DNA of 63,227 nt, filler included, from Licmophora abbreviata (lineage: Eukaryota), in assembly GCA_900291995.1 (NCBI GenBank). It is 10 parts of 10 records of this genome, joined end to end, with 100 filler letters (N's around TTAATTAATTAA, not from the genome) between each part and the next. Parts side by side here need not be neighbours in the genome. Positions count along the whole stretch, not along the records: positions 1 to 17,357 come from OLMU01002485.1; positions 17,458 to 27,897 come from OLMU01002488.1; 8 more parts are not named here. One strand, written 5' to 3'. The stretch's first letter is position 1, and each line of letters begins with the position of its first letter. Positions 11,989 to 25,883 of the stretch are shown piece after piece. The position numbers and the translations under genes are program-made. Under the pieces are notes generated by a model, which was given only the letters and a program-made list of their open reading frames with translations, was not told the origin of the DNA and ran no database searches.

Positions 11989-13246
11989 ATGACACCAAGA
12001 CACACGACGACCGTATTTCTCTTCCTGCTCGCATCCTGCTTGGCCAGCAGCCATGCCTTTCTATCTCCCACCCTGCAGCAGCGACACTTCTCCTTCCTCT
12101 CCATGTCCAAGAACAGTGATCGCGCTCGTGTAGAGAAAACCTTGGAAGACATGATGGACAACGATTGGCGTGTATTTCGCGCCAAGCTCGTCGCCAAAGA
12201 ACAAGCCGACGCCAAAAAGTATGTCGAAACCCGCAACAACAACAACAGCAACAACAATAACGCCCACCACCCTCATCAACACTATCAAGACGAAAGACTT
12301 GTCAGACAGGGACAGCTCGGCGAAATGTTTGGTGCTGCCATCTCGTCTATCTTTCTCAAGAACACCAACTACAGGACCAGGAACCGCCATCATCAAAGCA
12401 AGCACGACATCTTTGTCGGTGATTCCATCGGGGGCGCCCTGCCGGAAGATCTCGAAGATCCCTTTGTTTCCGCAGACGAGATCCCCATTCTCATGAAGTC
12501 CGACATCAATGTCGACAAGCATCGCTGGGCGCACCCGATTGCCCACATCGAACCCGGTAGTGTCTTGATTGCCAATGAAAAGCTTGGCGGCGTCTTTCAC
12601 CAGACGGTCGTCTTGATCATTGAGCACAGCGAAACCAGTGGAACGACTGGGATCGTCATCAATCGGTGAGCGCTAGTGCTGCAAATTTTGATTGGCTAGC
12701 TAGTCGTCTATGCTGTTCGCTCACTCCCGCGTTTCTTCTCTTTCGATTTTAATCAATAGGCCTTTGCAAGGGGATCTAATGAAAGCTGCATCCGGGCCTC
12801 ACTCTAGGTTGGATTTGTCTCTCAAGCTTGCTTTTACCAACTCCCCCGTTGCATACGGCGGTCCCGTTCTCACACAAGAGTACTCGATTCTGCATGGCTT
12901 TGGCGAAGTGGAAGGATCCAAGAAATTGGCCAATGGCGTCTTTGTCGGCGGATCGCACGAACTCATGAACGAGGTCCGCATCAACCGATTCGATCCTAAG
13001 CAGGCGCTGTTCGTCAAGGGCCACGCCGCGTGGGTTCCGGGACAGTTGGCGCGTGAAGTTGTCAAGGGCGTCTGGTACATGGCGGCCCCTTCGTCGGACT
13101 TGATTATGCGATATGCGGGCGCTCCAATTTCTCCAGACGATAATCTGAACGACTTGTGGTCGGATATTCTGACGTGTATGGGTGGAAGGTTTGCGGAGAT
13201 TGCGGCCGCAAATGCCAGTCGGGGGGACAATCGGTTGATGCCGTGA
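11989..13246 (+). CDS. AlgH/YqgE (DUF179/UPF0301) family protein, plastid-type presequence; intron 12666-12760
   Basis: FHQTVVLIIEH..GTTGIVINRP, YGGPV, GHAAWVPGQLARE; signal peptide plus SHA-F. Confidence 0.85.
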
Positions 13247-13912
13247 GTGCCACAGAGCAAAACCACCGCGTGGGAGGAGGATAAAGAATATTGCACAAAG
13301 AATCTTCAAGATTGTATTGACTCAGCCCCAGAAAGAGAGAGAGATTCACCACACTACCAAGATTCTACCGAGATTAGATAACATGTTCAGAGAATAGTAG
13401 GATTCAATCTAGTTCTATTTGGTCATCTATCATGGCCGAATGAGTTCTGAAGACATCATATCCCCCATGCTACTGCGAGGGATCGAAGTTTGCGTTGCTC
13501 CGTTTGAACTCCGTTGCGGAAGAATGAATGGAGTGTATTGAGTAGTATGTCCTAGAAGTTAAACATTAGCAAATAGTCTACTGTGCCATAACTGCGTAAA
13601 AGCTATAATCGGAGGCGTCGCTGTGCCATCGGTAGCCAAATCGGTGCTGTAGACACGTGATTGCCAGCACAAGTAGATCGTGAGCATACACCAGGCTTTC
13701 CAGGACGACGTACGCTCAAGTTGTGAGCAACAGTGTATTAAATCACGTGCATAATCGGGAAGACCTGACGGAAAAGAAAAGAGTCCGGGATTAGCCGAGC
13801 TCGCAATCTTCTCTCTTCTGTTCGCTATTCGAACGCCGTTCTTGTCTTCGACATGGTCTAGAGTGGTCTCACTTCGACGCTCCGGCTGCCTGTCCTAAGG
13901 GCTCCAAGTGCC

Positions 13913-15307
13913 TTAAAGGCAAGAAAAGAGGTAAATTTCAACCAGCTTGGACTTCCCAACCAAGTTCTCGATCGTCAGATCACAGGTTTCTCTATCGTCC
14001 GGTAGTTCAATTTCAAGCTGAGCCAGCTGTGACTCTTTGGTCGTAGTTATGGAGCGCATCATCCTAGAAATGTCGTCGCAGACCAAAGCTCTGCTTCCAC
14101 CCCATTCCTCTGAATAGCTGCGCATTTACGATATGAAAAGCACGTTCCTCTGTCCAACTTCTAGGTCAAGGCGGAAAGTGATACGGGCCTCAGACGAGTT
14201 CGAAATGTATCCATACTTTCCAGGGACATCTGCGTAATATGACCACATTGCGTTGTTGCTAGGGGCTCCTTCTAGGTTGCCACCATACGCTGAAGCTTCA
14301 TACGTTTTCTGGCAATGAAGGGAGGTTCCATTAAAGACAGGTTCCTGATCGACTGGATCAATCCAGCTCGACATGTCAATTGTTGACACGCTTTCCTGAA
14401 GCCAGTTGTGGTATACGAGGCAGGCATACTGCTGGTGCCAGAACGCTTTCGGATGAAGAATTCCTTTGCGACGTTTCAGATCGTCAAGTTCGTCTTGAAA
14501 GTCCGTTGCATGCCAGAATGCTTTTCTCGCTGATATGATAGGCAAGTCGTAGACGTGTGCAACTGGGAAATGCAGAGATTCTGCTTTAGGTACTTCTCGG
14601 TGTTGTCCAAAGCCTTCGAACAAAATTACGGCAGGTCGGCGCGGAAGCGCTAGCGCAGTTCGTACGAGAGTCTCAACATGCATATTGAGAATCTCTGCAC
14701 TGCCGTTATAATACTGGTCAAGGGAAGCGTCGTTAGCAGTGTAGTGTAGAATAAACATGTCGTAGTCGACCATTTGCATTACTTGCGTAATGCCAACCTC
14801 CGAAGATGTACTTCCTCGACCAAAATTGTGAACTTGGACTTGGGGGAAACCATTATTCCAAAGCAGCTCTTCAAAGCGCTTTGGCCAAGCACACGTCAAA
14901 TTAGGGACCTTTGTCTGTCCTGGGGCACACTGGTGTCCAGCTGTGACGGATCCACCCAGGACAGCGATTTTCGTCTCGTTTCTTCGCATAGCACGATGCC
15001 ATCTCTCAACGTTGCCCTGTGTGCGACTCATCGAAACCATAGCAGGCGACACTTGCTCGCACGCAGCAGCAGCAGCAACAATCCCTGCATCCGCACTCTC
15101 TCTTTCTCTTTGACACCGCAATGCCTCGTGCTTCGGATCGCTAATCACGGATGAAGTCGCGTACGAGTACAGCAGGAAAGCAGAAATGATACCGACGGCG
15201 ACAGAAACCTGCAGGATGCCAAGAAAGCCCACCCCTCTTCTGTTTCTCTGAAAAACAGAGTCTGTCATCTCGAGGTTCGCTTCTAAGCCATCAGCGTGAG
15301 GCTTCAA
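13913..15307 (-). CDS. SGNH/GDSL-like hydrolase, type II membrane; in-frame TAA at 14126-14128
   Basis: KIAVLGGSVTAG (block I Ser), NFGRG, YTAND, LHP..WH. The 393-aa and 70-aa ORFs abut in the same frame (LFIS*MRSY). Confidence 0.75.
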
Positions 15308-15802
15308 CTATGATTGTAAAATGCTTGCCGCGGCACCGGCGGTAACGATTGCTTTGAGTTTGATGTGATGATCATGAGAGTTTGTCCGCGCCGGTGGCGC
15401 CGCCGCGTGATGTATTGGCGAGACGCGAAGAAATACAATCGCGCGAGGGACGACCCTATGATGCCCGAACAGTACCGGTACCAGTACAGTGGTTGACGTC
15501 CATTCAAGCGTCAAATGTTTCGCTTGCTCGTAACTATACACATCAGTAAAAGGCGGGTGTCAACAACAGCAGTAGTTAAGAAGAAAACCAATTTGTAGAC
15601 AGGCCGCATCGTCAAACAGCTCTTAGCATTCGCATGACTTGTGCGCATATAAGTCTAGGCGGGCGGTGCAAAGGCCACCACAGGCTGTCATCCACGTTCT
15701 TCTCTACCTCGGTAATACTGATGGGACGCTGAGATAGGTAGCACCGGACCTTCGATCCACCGGTAGTTGCCACCTCTCTTTGTCGAGGACAGCGTATCAT
15801 TC

Positions 15803-17264
15803 TTAACGATGTCCCAAAGGGGTAGCGTCATGCTCAAAGGTAAGCCACAGGATTCCTGCAATAGCCAGCAGGGCCGACACGAACCACATCATGATCGTTT
15901 CTCGACCCTTGATTTCCTTGTAGTAGAGTATTCCCCAGAGCCCAGAGATAAGTATTTGTCCCTGGCAGAACGAGAACCCGACAGCTTGTCCGAGGTATGT
16001 GACCGACAGAATAGCGGCGAAATTGCCAAGGCTGTACAGGCTTCCTGCCAAGAGCCCTGGAAGCCACAGTTGTTGAAGGTGCCAATCAGGCAGGCACTCC
16101 AATGCATCTTGCATCACGCCCTTTTTCTGAATCAGGTAATACAGTATCAGAATTAACCAAAGGGCAATATTCACAATCAGTGATCCAGTTGCGTAGCTAA
16201 TGAGATAGCTAGGTCCTCCGAATCCATCAAGGGCGGCGTAGTGAAGTGGGATAAGGTTCGTTCCACCCCATGCTCCATTAATGATGCAGCCTATAAGCCC
16301 AAGCTGCCTTCGTGTCAGAGCGAGCCGTCCGCCAAACAAAACGATTCGCTCCTTCGCTGAAGCGTCCTTTGCATTGCTCGGAGTCTGCACCTCGTCCGAT
16401 ACAAGAGGCTCTATCTCGAGTCGCTGCATCCTACTACTTGGAGATATATTGTCGTCGGCGTCAGTATCTCTTCGTTTCAATACTCGTTGAAGTGTTCGTT
16501 TCGCCGGTGGTGGCGAGTCCTCGTCGGAATCGGACGACACGTCTGCCGTTGTTCTATTGTCGTCTCCACCCAGTGTCTTCGCGGCTGGTGTTTTTGCGGG
16601 TGAGGCGAAGCGTGCCATTCCAACCAACCCGATTGTGAGCAATATGGCAGCACCAGCGGCATGAAGTTCGTTCTTGACGCCCTCGTGGAATATAAGAATG
16701 CCCCAGATAAAGGATTGAACAACGTAAATGGACGACCAGGTGCCGACGGCGACCGCAAGGCCCGCATTCCGTATGCCGTAGATCCCAGCAGCTGCCGCTG
16801 GAACCCAGAACACGCCTGATAATATACCCCATGACGTCCATCGCACCTCTTCTCCTAGTGTTTGAATTGTGAGGGTAGAATTTGAGGTGAGCGATGCCTG
16901 ACTACGGGGAGGCGTCCCGTGACACCACTAGAGAATACAGTCCTGACTTACCCATGAACACGACAAGCCAGCACGTCAAAAAGCAAGTGAGTGTCTTGTA
17001 TGACTATATATGAGGGAAACAAAATTAAATCGCGTTCTTGTCATGGTGAGTGAAACGAAGCGCATAAAATGATATCAAACCATTGTGTATTTTACTTTCG
17101 GGATGATTCGACAGCCGTACCTGCATAACTAGCGGATTTACGTCAATCTTGCCAGATCCACATGCTTTTATGGGCACTCCAAACGATCCAAAGGCTAAAG
17201 AAGATACAATTGCGGCCGCCCAGCCGCAAGAGTCGCTGCAACCGGCAAAAATTGAGCCAACCAT
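15803..17264 (-). CDS. TMEM144-like / sugar-transport DMT-superfamily membrane protein (3 exons)
   Basis: AFGSFGVPIK, LGQAVGFSFCQ..LISGLWGILYYKEIKG, about 10 hydrophobic helices; two GT-AG introns between ~17120 and ~16855. Confidence 0.8.
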
Positions 17265-17357
17265 GGTCTCAACTCGAGTTTTTTGTGTTGTCCGCTTCGC
17301 GGCTGTAGTAGCGGCGTTTATACCTATCGATAACTACGATACGGATATAACGCAATG

Positions 17358-17457
17358 NNNNNNNNNNNNNNNNNNNNNNNNNNNNNNNNNNNNNNNNNNN
17401 NTTAATTAATTAANNNNNNNNNNNNNNNNNNNNNNNNNNNNNNNNNNNNNNNNNNNN
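17358..17457. other. Artificial scaffold linker
   Basis: N44-TTAATTAATTAA-N44, stop codons in all six frames. Confidence 0.98.
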
Positions 17458-18765
17458 ATCTTGCAGCATGCAATGTCGTTGTAATCGTACCTGGTGATTC
17501 GGTCGTAATTGTTCCTGGCCCTCGCGGTACAAACGTTCCATGAGATGAAATATCTCTTCTACCTTGTCGGGTACACCTGCTTTGGCCCATTTGTTCATGC
17601 ACGTTACAAACAGCGAAATCACGGGTTGAAGCGATACCGGGTTTCCAGTCCGCTCGTACCATTGCAGCATGTCGTCCAGCAGCGTTTCTGCCTTTTGAGG
17701 GGAGGGTGCCATGCTCATGGCCATGCTGTACTCATACACCGTAGGCATCAGTTCCGGTCGACGACTCTGCGCGTATTGGTGTATCAGATCCTGTAATAAG
17801 ACTTCAATCTGACCGACCGCCTCCGGACGACTCGATTTTTTCCATGCTTTCATGAAAGTAGAGTAGGAGTACTGGGCTGGTCGGATGGATTTGTTGGATT
17901 TCATTTCGTCCCAGAGTCGTTGTGCGGCGAGCGGGTCGCCACGATTGGCAAAGGCATTGAGTACGCAATTGTAGCAAATCAGGTCAGGGGATATCGCATC
18001 GGACTGTTCCATGTGTCGCAATAGCTCCAGGGCCTTGGCGGGTGCCTCCGGACGACGACTCTTGGACCACGCATCGAGAGCGCCCCGGTAAGCCTCCATG
18101 AGCGCCTCACGAGGCCGCTTCGTCGGCAACCTAGCCAAAAGTCGTTCTGCATTGACAGCTGCTTCCTTATGATGAGGATCAGCACTCTGTACCTTGGCCC
18201 AGCCATGAATCGCCACCGTCGCCAGCGATGTGGCCGACGTGCCGCTACCCGCCGCTGCCAATGTGGACGTTGTGATCTCACTGGACAAATCCAACAATGC
18301 ATGCGCCAAGGAGTCGGCTGTCTGAGTTGCACGCAGCAAGAGGTCCTTCCGTTGTGCTCTAAATAAGTGTGGAATGAGCTGGCTCCACCGAGCCAGGAGC
18401 TGCGGTGGGTCGTCCCCTGCTTGACGACGGCCTGTCTGTGGCTGTCTCTGAAAGAACTTTTGGGAATCTGCCAAGAGCGTCTCTGCACGTTCCTCCAGGG
18501 ACAACGTTCGACTTCGAGTTCTGCCTCGACTGCGGTTGAGCGATGGTGGTGTGTTCTCCTCCACAGGAATTGGCGACGGCGTCGAAAGACAGCGCACGTT
18601 ACCAACCGACGCCGCGGCTATCCTCTCGTCCGTCAAGGTGCGAATCATCCGCGTCCAAACATGACAACTTTGCCTCGACGGCACTGTCCTTCTCGCGTTC
18701 CGTTCAAGCTCCAATGCCCATCTTCTGTGGCTCATTCGTAAAGTCGCAATCATCGGGCTCGCCAT
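17458..18765 (-). CDS. Pentatricopeptide repeat protein (3' end truncated by gap)
   Basis: PDLICYNCVLNAFANRG, YSYSTFMKAWKKS, FVTCMNKWAKAG; Arg-rich organellar-type leader. Confidence 0.88.
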
Positions 18766-19168
18766 GCTTTCTGAGCTACTCTATAGCATCATCATGCTAT
18801 ACTATACAGCGACGACATCATCACGCTGAACACGTGCAGGAAACTTGTGCTGTCGTGCTCTGTGATGAGTGAGACTAGGCGCGAGCTCTCTTTTCCTTTG
18901 TCGTCTCGTAAAAAAGACAAAATCAGACAAAATTAGCCGCGCGATTATCGTGCTCATGACCCATCATGAACATAGCCTGCAGAGAAACGATGTGACGATG
19001 ACAGCCACTCTTGAAACGAACTATCCTACAGTTCCTATTCTATAGAGAGGATCCTCTCTAAAATTACAGCGACGACACACGGGAATCGTCGATTGTCCGA
19101 TACAGTCACTGTAGTCTTGTCTGATTGTGGACAACACATTCGTCTTACATTCCGTCCCCTTCTTCACG

Positions 19169-22100
19169 ATGGGAGTTCCCGCCTTTTACCGATGGTTATC
19201 TGAAAAGTATCCCAAAATCGTCCAGGACGTCTTGGAAGAACGCGTCAAGCTCGTTTCGAACGATGGTACCATGCGCATGCCCTTTGACGGCACCAAGCCC
19301 AATCCGTCAAACCTCGAAGCCGACAATCTATACATTGACATGAACGGCATCATTCATCCCTGTTCTCACCCCGAAAACGGTCCTCAGCCTTCATCTCAAG
19401 AAGAAATGTACGAGAATGTCTGTCGCTACGTCGATCGATTGGTCCGCGCTGTCAGGCCTCGCAAGCTCCTCTACTTGGCCATTGATGGCGTCGCACCGCG
19501 TGCCAAAATGAACCAACAGCGATCGAGGCGCTTTCGCTCTGCGCAAGAAGCACGTGAATTGCAGGAACTCGAAGAACATGTGAGACAAGAGCTCATCCAG
19601 CATGGACAGAACGTGCCGCCGGTCAAGAAGGCATGGGACTCGAATGTCATTACGCCAGGGACGCAATTCATGCTGCATCTCTCCGAGTTCATTCGATTTT
19701 ACGTTCGCAAACGTATCAGTACCGACAAGGCATGGAAGAATTTGCGGGTCATCTTTTCGGATGCTAGTTTACCGGGCGAGGGAGAACACAAAATCATGTC
19801 CCACATTCGCCTGCAACGCAGTCAGCCGGGATACAATCCGAATCTTGTTCACGTCTTGCACGGTCTCGACGCCGACCTCATCATGCTGGCCTTGGCCACA
19901 CACGAAATGCACTTTTACATTCTGCGTGAGATTGTTACCTTTGGGCGGCGCTCCGAAGAAATATTGGAAAAGCGGCAAATGGAAAGTGGCTTTACGGATG
20001 CGCAACGACAGCTGGATGAAGACGCAGGAGAAATTGCCATGGCGCTTCCGGAAAATCGGCAGAAGCCATTGCAGCGTGTCAGTATTCCTATTCTGAGAGA
20101 GTATCTACAGTCTGAGTTTAGATCGTGTCTGGATCCAGGTCACGTTCCGTTTCCAATCTCATTTGAGCGACTGCTGGACGACATTGTCTTCTTGTGCTTT
20201 TTCGTCGGAAACGATTTTCTCCCGCATTTGCCGTCTCTTGACATTCGAGACGGGGCCTTGGACTTTCTGTTTAATGTCTACAAACGCATCTTGCCTACTC
20301 TGGGAGATTACATTACAAATCACGGTGGACAGGTCAACCTGAGTCACGTTGATATCATCTTGGCGGAAGTCGGTGCGATTGAAGACTACGTGTTTGCCAT
20401 GAAGCACGACAATGAGCAGAGAAATGAACGACGCCGGAAAGAAGCCCAACAGCGTCGACAGGGACGAAGTAATGCCCACGCGCCGCCGACAGTCGTGGCA
20501 GTACAGCCACCACCGAAGGCTCTTGGGCGCGCTGCACGCATATTGGAACGCCAACACCAGGCGGAAGCGGCCGCTCGTGGGGGAAGTACGACGGTGCCAC
20601 TTCAGCGCGGGCATCTTGCCAAGGAAGAGGCTCGGCAAGACATGAAGGCGAGTAAGATGGTGGCGGAAGAGAATCTGAAAGCTGCATTGGAACTAAAGCA
20701 ATCACTCATGGGGAAGCCAGGACCGACAGACACTGAGAAAGGAAATGATAGCAATGAAACTGTCGAAAAAATGGAAGCAGAATGCGACAATGCGAACGAA
20801 GCACACGGCGTGAAACAGAAACGTGAAGATGATCCGAGTACAAAGGACGAAGTCCAAGGAGAAACAAAGGGAGTAGCTGCGGGCGCCAAAGAGGGGGAAG
20901 ACATTGAGGAGAATGTGGTGGTTGATTTGGCGGAAGACCTGGATGAGGACGACGACATCGACGAAACACAGGATTTGGGAATTGAAATTGAGGAACCTGA
21001 ATTGCCGGAAGAAGTCGATCCAGCGGTCGCTGAAGCTTTCAAGCAAAAGGTGAAGGCCCGACAAGAAAAGAAGCTGGATGATTACAAGCAGAACGTTCAG
21101 GACAACGTGCGCCTGCACGAGAAAGGCTGGAAGGTAAGAGGAAGGATGAACACTTCCGCGCGAATGTCGACCCAATAGGAAATGTCTCTTACATGTCTCT
21201 TTCCCGAACTTTCGTGTACCGATAGGACCGATACTACACTGACAAATGCAAAGCCGAAGACGTTTCGACATATGGGGGGAAGGAGCACTTGTTTCGGTCG
21301 TACGTTATGGGACTTTGCTGGGTGATGAAATACTATTTCGACGGCTGTCCCAGCTGGAAATGGTATTATCCGTTTCATTACGCGCCGTTTGCCTCCGATC
21401 TACGTAACATTGAACGATTCCGTACCGACTGCGATTCTCTTGAGCTGGACCAGCCATTCCGGCCCGTAGAACAATTGATGGCGGTTCTCCCCGAGGACTC
21501 TGCACACGCAATACCGAAGGCATCACGCTGGATCATGTCTGATCGGGAGAGCCCGATCATTGATTTTTATCCCAAGGATGTTCCCGTTGATCCCAACGGA
21601 AAGGCAATGCCTTGGCTATGGGTGGTTTTGCTCCCGTTCATTGACGAGGAACGATTGTTGGCTGTGTTGTGAGTAATGCCCGCGGGAGTGCAAAACTGGG
21701 GAGTGACTTGCCACTGACTCTGCTAACACTCTCTGTGCTCTTGCGTCTTTCAGAAGACCAACAATGGAGAAATGGACAAAGTCAGAGCACTTTTGCAATG
21801 CTCGTGGGATGGACGACGGGTATTTGTACGTCAACACCAGCAATTCGCTCATGAAGAAGCTGTCCGACGTTGTCGAGACCGCCAAGGGCGCAAAGATGCG
21901 GCTCCTTCCCTCGGAAATGGCATTCTACGAGAGTCGGGGCTTCGCTGGCTCGGTTCGACTGCCCCTTAGCAACGAGATTTATCCCATCGATGAAGATGTT
22001 GTTATCAACCCACCAAGCTCTTCGACAAATATCACGCGCGAGAGTATTGACAATCTCTTTTCTGAACCGATCGAATTGAATTGTGCTTTCTGTGTATCAT

Positions 22101-22903
22101 TCACGGAGCCCGCAAAGCTCCCCCACAAGAGTGTGATGCTACCCGGAGCAAAACTGTTGCAACCTATTTTGACCGAGGACGATAAAAGAATTCGACGCCC
22201 ACGGCTCAATCGCGGTGGTGGCACCATCGCCAATATGGGGTTCTCCAACGGCAAGAGTCACCAATCGGGTTACGGTAGCATGAACATCAGTTCATACGAA
22301 AGGGATGTTGCTGCTAGAAACGGACGAGGGGGGCAGATGCATCAAGCTGGCACACGTGCCTGGGGAGCCATGGAACCGACGCCCAAACGACAGCGTCAGC
22401 ACCACCAGCAACAGCAACCTCGTTACCCCTCGAATCCCTTCCAACAGCCTTCGTTTTCTCAGGGGACACAGCAGCACGGTCGCCCTCCTTGGCAACAGCA
22501 GCAGCAGCCTCGCTATCCTCAAGGAACGCACCAGCATCAGTATCCTCAGCAGCAACAGCATCAAGCGCAGCACACGCCGCAGGGCTACGCTCCCCAGCGA
22601 CAACCTCCTCCGTATAGCAACCATCAGTCCTATCAGCGTGGGCCTCCGCCTCCGCCACCTCCCCCAGCTGGAGCACAGCAAGGTCGGCCATACTCCTTTC
22701 AAGGGTACAATCGCAGCGGTCCGCCTCCGGGGCAGCCATATTACCAGCAGCAACAGCCGCAGGGACAATCCTTCTATCAACAGCAACAGTCGAATCAAGC
22801 TCCACCGCGTGTCAATTCAAACGTCATGAGCAGCCTGCGGTCGCAGCTGGCAAGCACTCTGCAGCGCAATCGAAATGGATCTCAGCGAGACAACGCAAGG
22901 TAA
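19169..22903 (+). CDS. XRN2: 5'-3' exoribonuclease 2 (XRN2/Rat1); introns 21134-21225 and 21669-21753
   Basis: MGVPAFYRWLSEKYPK, NLYIDMNGIIH, IDGVAPRAKMNQQRSRRF, GEGEHKI, FFVGNDFLPHLP, WYYPFHYAPFASD. It lacks the long XRN1 C-terminal domains and has a Q/P-rich tail. Confidence 0.93.
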
Positions 22904-23216
22904 GGAGGTTCGTGAAGCGAAAGCTACAAAGCCGAGTAGAGCCTTTCATTTCTAGTAGCGCTTCCTCGAGACAATGAATAGCACAGCCCATCCACAAAAT
23001 CGTTCGCCTTGGGCGGAACAATATCGAAAAGAGTGATTTAGATTGAACTTATAACGAATGTCGACTCCATCGTCGATTGTAGCTTGTTGGGAACGGCACA
23101 TGTTGGTTGACTGTGACTGACTCGAGTAGGATCTGGCCGTCGTGCGTCGGATTCAGCGCGCGTGTCCCGTCTCAGAAAAGTTAGGAGCCCATCACATTCT
23201 CGCCGATGACCGCACC

Positions 23217-25847
23217 ATGGCGTTCCTGTTGAACCTCGGCGTCCAGGCGACTTGCGATGGTTATCTCTACATCACCGATGATCACAAGAAGCACCCTCCT
23301 GTGCTGAGTAGCTCGGAAAAGGTCTGGAAAGCTTTGCATCCTCACAAAGCGAAAGAAGGGCTCGTGGCGTCGGAGAGCAGCAAAGATGGTATTGGCACTT
23401 CCAGACTTCCATCAGACCTCCAAGATTTATCGTACACCGAGAATCTCTATGATCAATGCAGCGTCGCGCTTCATGACATTTTCAAATTCCACGATGGACG
23501 CAAGGAGAATCAGGAGGGTATTGCTCGAGATCGACTCACCATGCTGACGCGGCGCCAAGAGGCACGGCGTGAAATGATGATGTCGCCGCCCCGAAGTGCG
23601 GACTCGAAACAAGAGGCTCTGGAAGCGAAAGCCGCGCTGCGTACTGTGCAAACCTTGAATTCAATTCGTGCTCTCGTTCCATTGCTGCTGGCCATGATAC
23701 GTCACGAGCATCGCGGTGATAAGAAACTGCGGATTCCAAAGAATGATGTGTATGATGATGGTGTCTCCGACGAAAGTATTGATGCTCATATTGACGTGGC
23801 CAACAATGAGGGTGATCATACGAACCTGGTCGTACAAGAGAATGGGGATGCGACAAACGATCATAGTAAAAGAGAAAATGGGGAGAGGGAAGCACGTCCG
23901 AGGCAGTACTACTCACTTGGATCGAAGCCGGATGGAAGTAAAGCCAAGAAACGGAACAAGACTCGCTGCTGGATGCTTGGGGAGTACGTCTGTTCGATTA
24001 CCAGCGAAAAGGCAATGAATCAGCTTTCTAGGCAAATAGAACAGATTTTGCAAATTTTCACTCCTGGGATGAAATGGGATTTGACGACAGCAACGGTCGC
24101 GTGGAGCTCAATCTGGATGAATGTATTACAACAACCTGCTGGACGACTTCCGCAAGATGTCCTTGCGATCGAGGGACTATCAGAAAGTAAAAGCCGAGAA
24201 CGAATTGATCGGATCGCGCGGATATCGGATGAGCGGTGCTTAAAGAATCTGTTGCCGCGGAAGGATGACACAGAGAGAGCAGGCTATGGCCGCGCGGTAG
24301 ATCGCTTGCTGAAGAAACTGGGTTCCTTGATTGAAAGGCGATTTCGGGGAAGCTCGCTAGAGGTGTACGGTAGCTGCCTCTCTGACCTTTCTCTTGGGAA
24401 GTCTTCTGACGTCGACATCAGTCTGCGACTTCCCGCCATCGTCCATGCAGAGCAAGACTTTGTCGAAGGCAATAAGTTGACTGCCAATGGATACGAAAAA
24501 CTGCTCAAGCGATCCTGCTGGGACGTGTTTGGAATGCTGAACTCGCAGAACCGACAGGGTTTTGTCCATGTCGAGTGTATAGCGCGTGCGCGTGTCCCAG
24601 TCGTCAAGGGTACCTATCGGTATGCGGAAAATCCGTACACTCATGATGGGTCCATTCAGTAAGTTCCATCGTTTGGGGTGCAATTTGCTTGTGCGTTCCG
24701 TCTCCCACCCTCAACCGAACCGCATTCGATCTTTGCTACCATCAGTTTTGATATATGCTTCATGAATGACATTGCTGTGGCAAACTCGTCGTTGCTGAGT
24801 GAGTATACTGCTATGGACGACAAGGTTAGATATTTCTTGCTTGCAGTCAAGGCCTGGGCCCGAGACAACGCGCTCAATTCGGCAGCGGACAATCGAATAA
24901 GCTCATATGCTTGGACGAACATGGGCATTTTCTATCTGCAGACGATTGGGCTCGTCCCTAACCTGCAATGCGATGACCTCATGACAAAACATGGGTTCCT
25001 TCGGGATCCGTTGGCGAATTCGAAGCACTTTGTCAACGCTTTGAATACTGCGTACTTACCATGGAAGACAATTCAAGACGCCGACGTCTGGAAGCCAAAC
25101 CTTGGCCTAGAGAATGTTCCTGTGTCACTTCTCTTGTACGGGTTCTTTCACTTCTACACCCGCGAGCTTTCAATACCTCTCGCGGCTGTGTCGATTCGTC
25201 GAGGACGCTCGACTCTTGCGAAAGCGACGTTTGGGCAATGTCACCTCTTCCGCATTTGTATCGAAGATCCATTTGAGACCCACTATTCATACTGTCCGCA
25301 CGATTTGGGCCATCCGGCAGGAGCAGTCGGACACATGGAAATTCGTGCGCAGCTGATCGACGCCGAAGGTAAGTTACGACGGATTCTCCAAGGGCAAGAA
25401 AAGGTACACAACAGCAAACTGTGGACGACCACCGAAGAGCGGAAGAAAGGACCAAAACAACAGCAGTTGTCCAAGAGGGAACGGAAGAAGGGAAAAGCTG
25501 CGCAAAAGGAAGCGTCGAAGCAGCGACAGCGGGGTGGTGGCCCGGCGAAGGTAGCTGATTCGCGTGGCGGACCGACAACGATCGAGCCTCATGAGAAGAA
25601 AGAGAAACCTGCTGTCCATGTGCTAAAGACGCAGGGATGGGCAACCTTGCAGCACCAAGGCAGATCTGTACCACAAGGCGGCGTCAAGAAACCGAAGCCA
25701 AGGGGCGTACAAACTGGACCGAAAGCCTCCTCTCGGAGTAAAGAGGGGGTCAGCCAATTGAAGCAAAAGCCACGTAACCGCCGGGTAGAGAACGGGGTCA
25801 GTAAAAAAGAGACTACGAATGGGGTCGCTGCTTCAACGGCAACATAA
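23217..25847 (+). CDS. Non-canonical poly(A) polymerase / terminal uridylyltransferase (Cid1-like); intron 24659-24745
   Basis: YGS...SSDVDIS, ARVPVVK, FDIC, VKAWAR, SSYAW and the PAP-associated IEDPFE...HDLG motif. Confidence 0.88.
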
Positions 25848-25883
25848 TCTTACTAGATTAATAATATCCCGCTTAGTCAGTCA

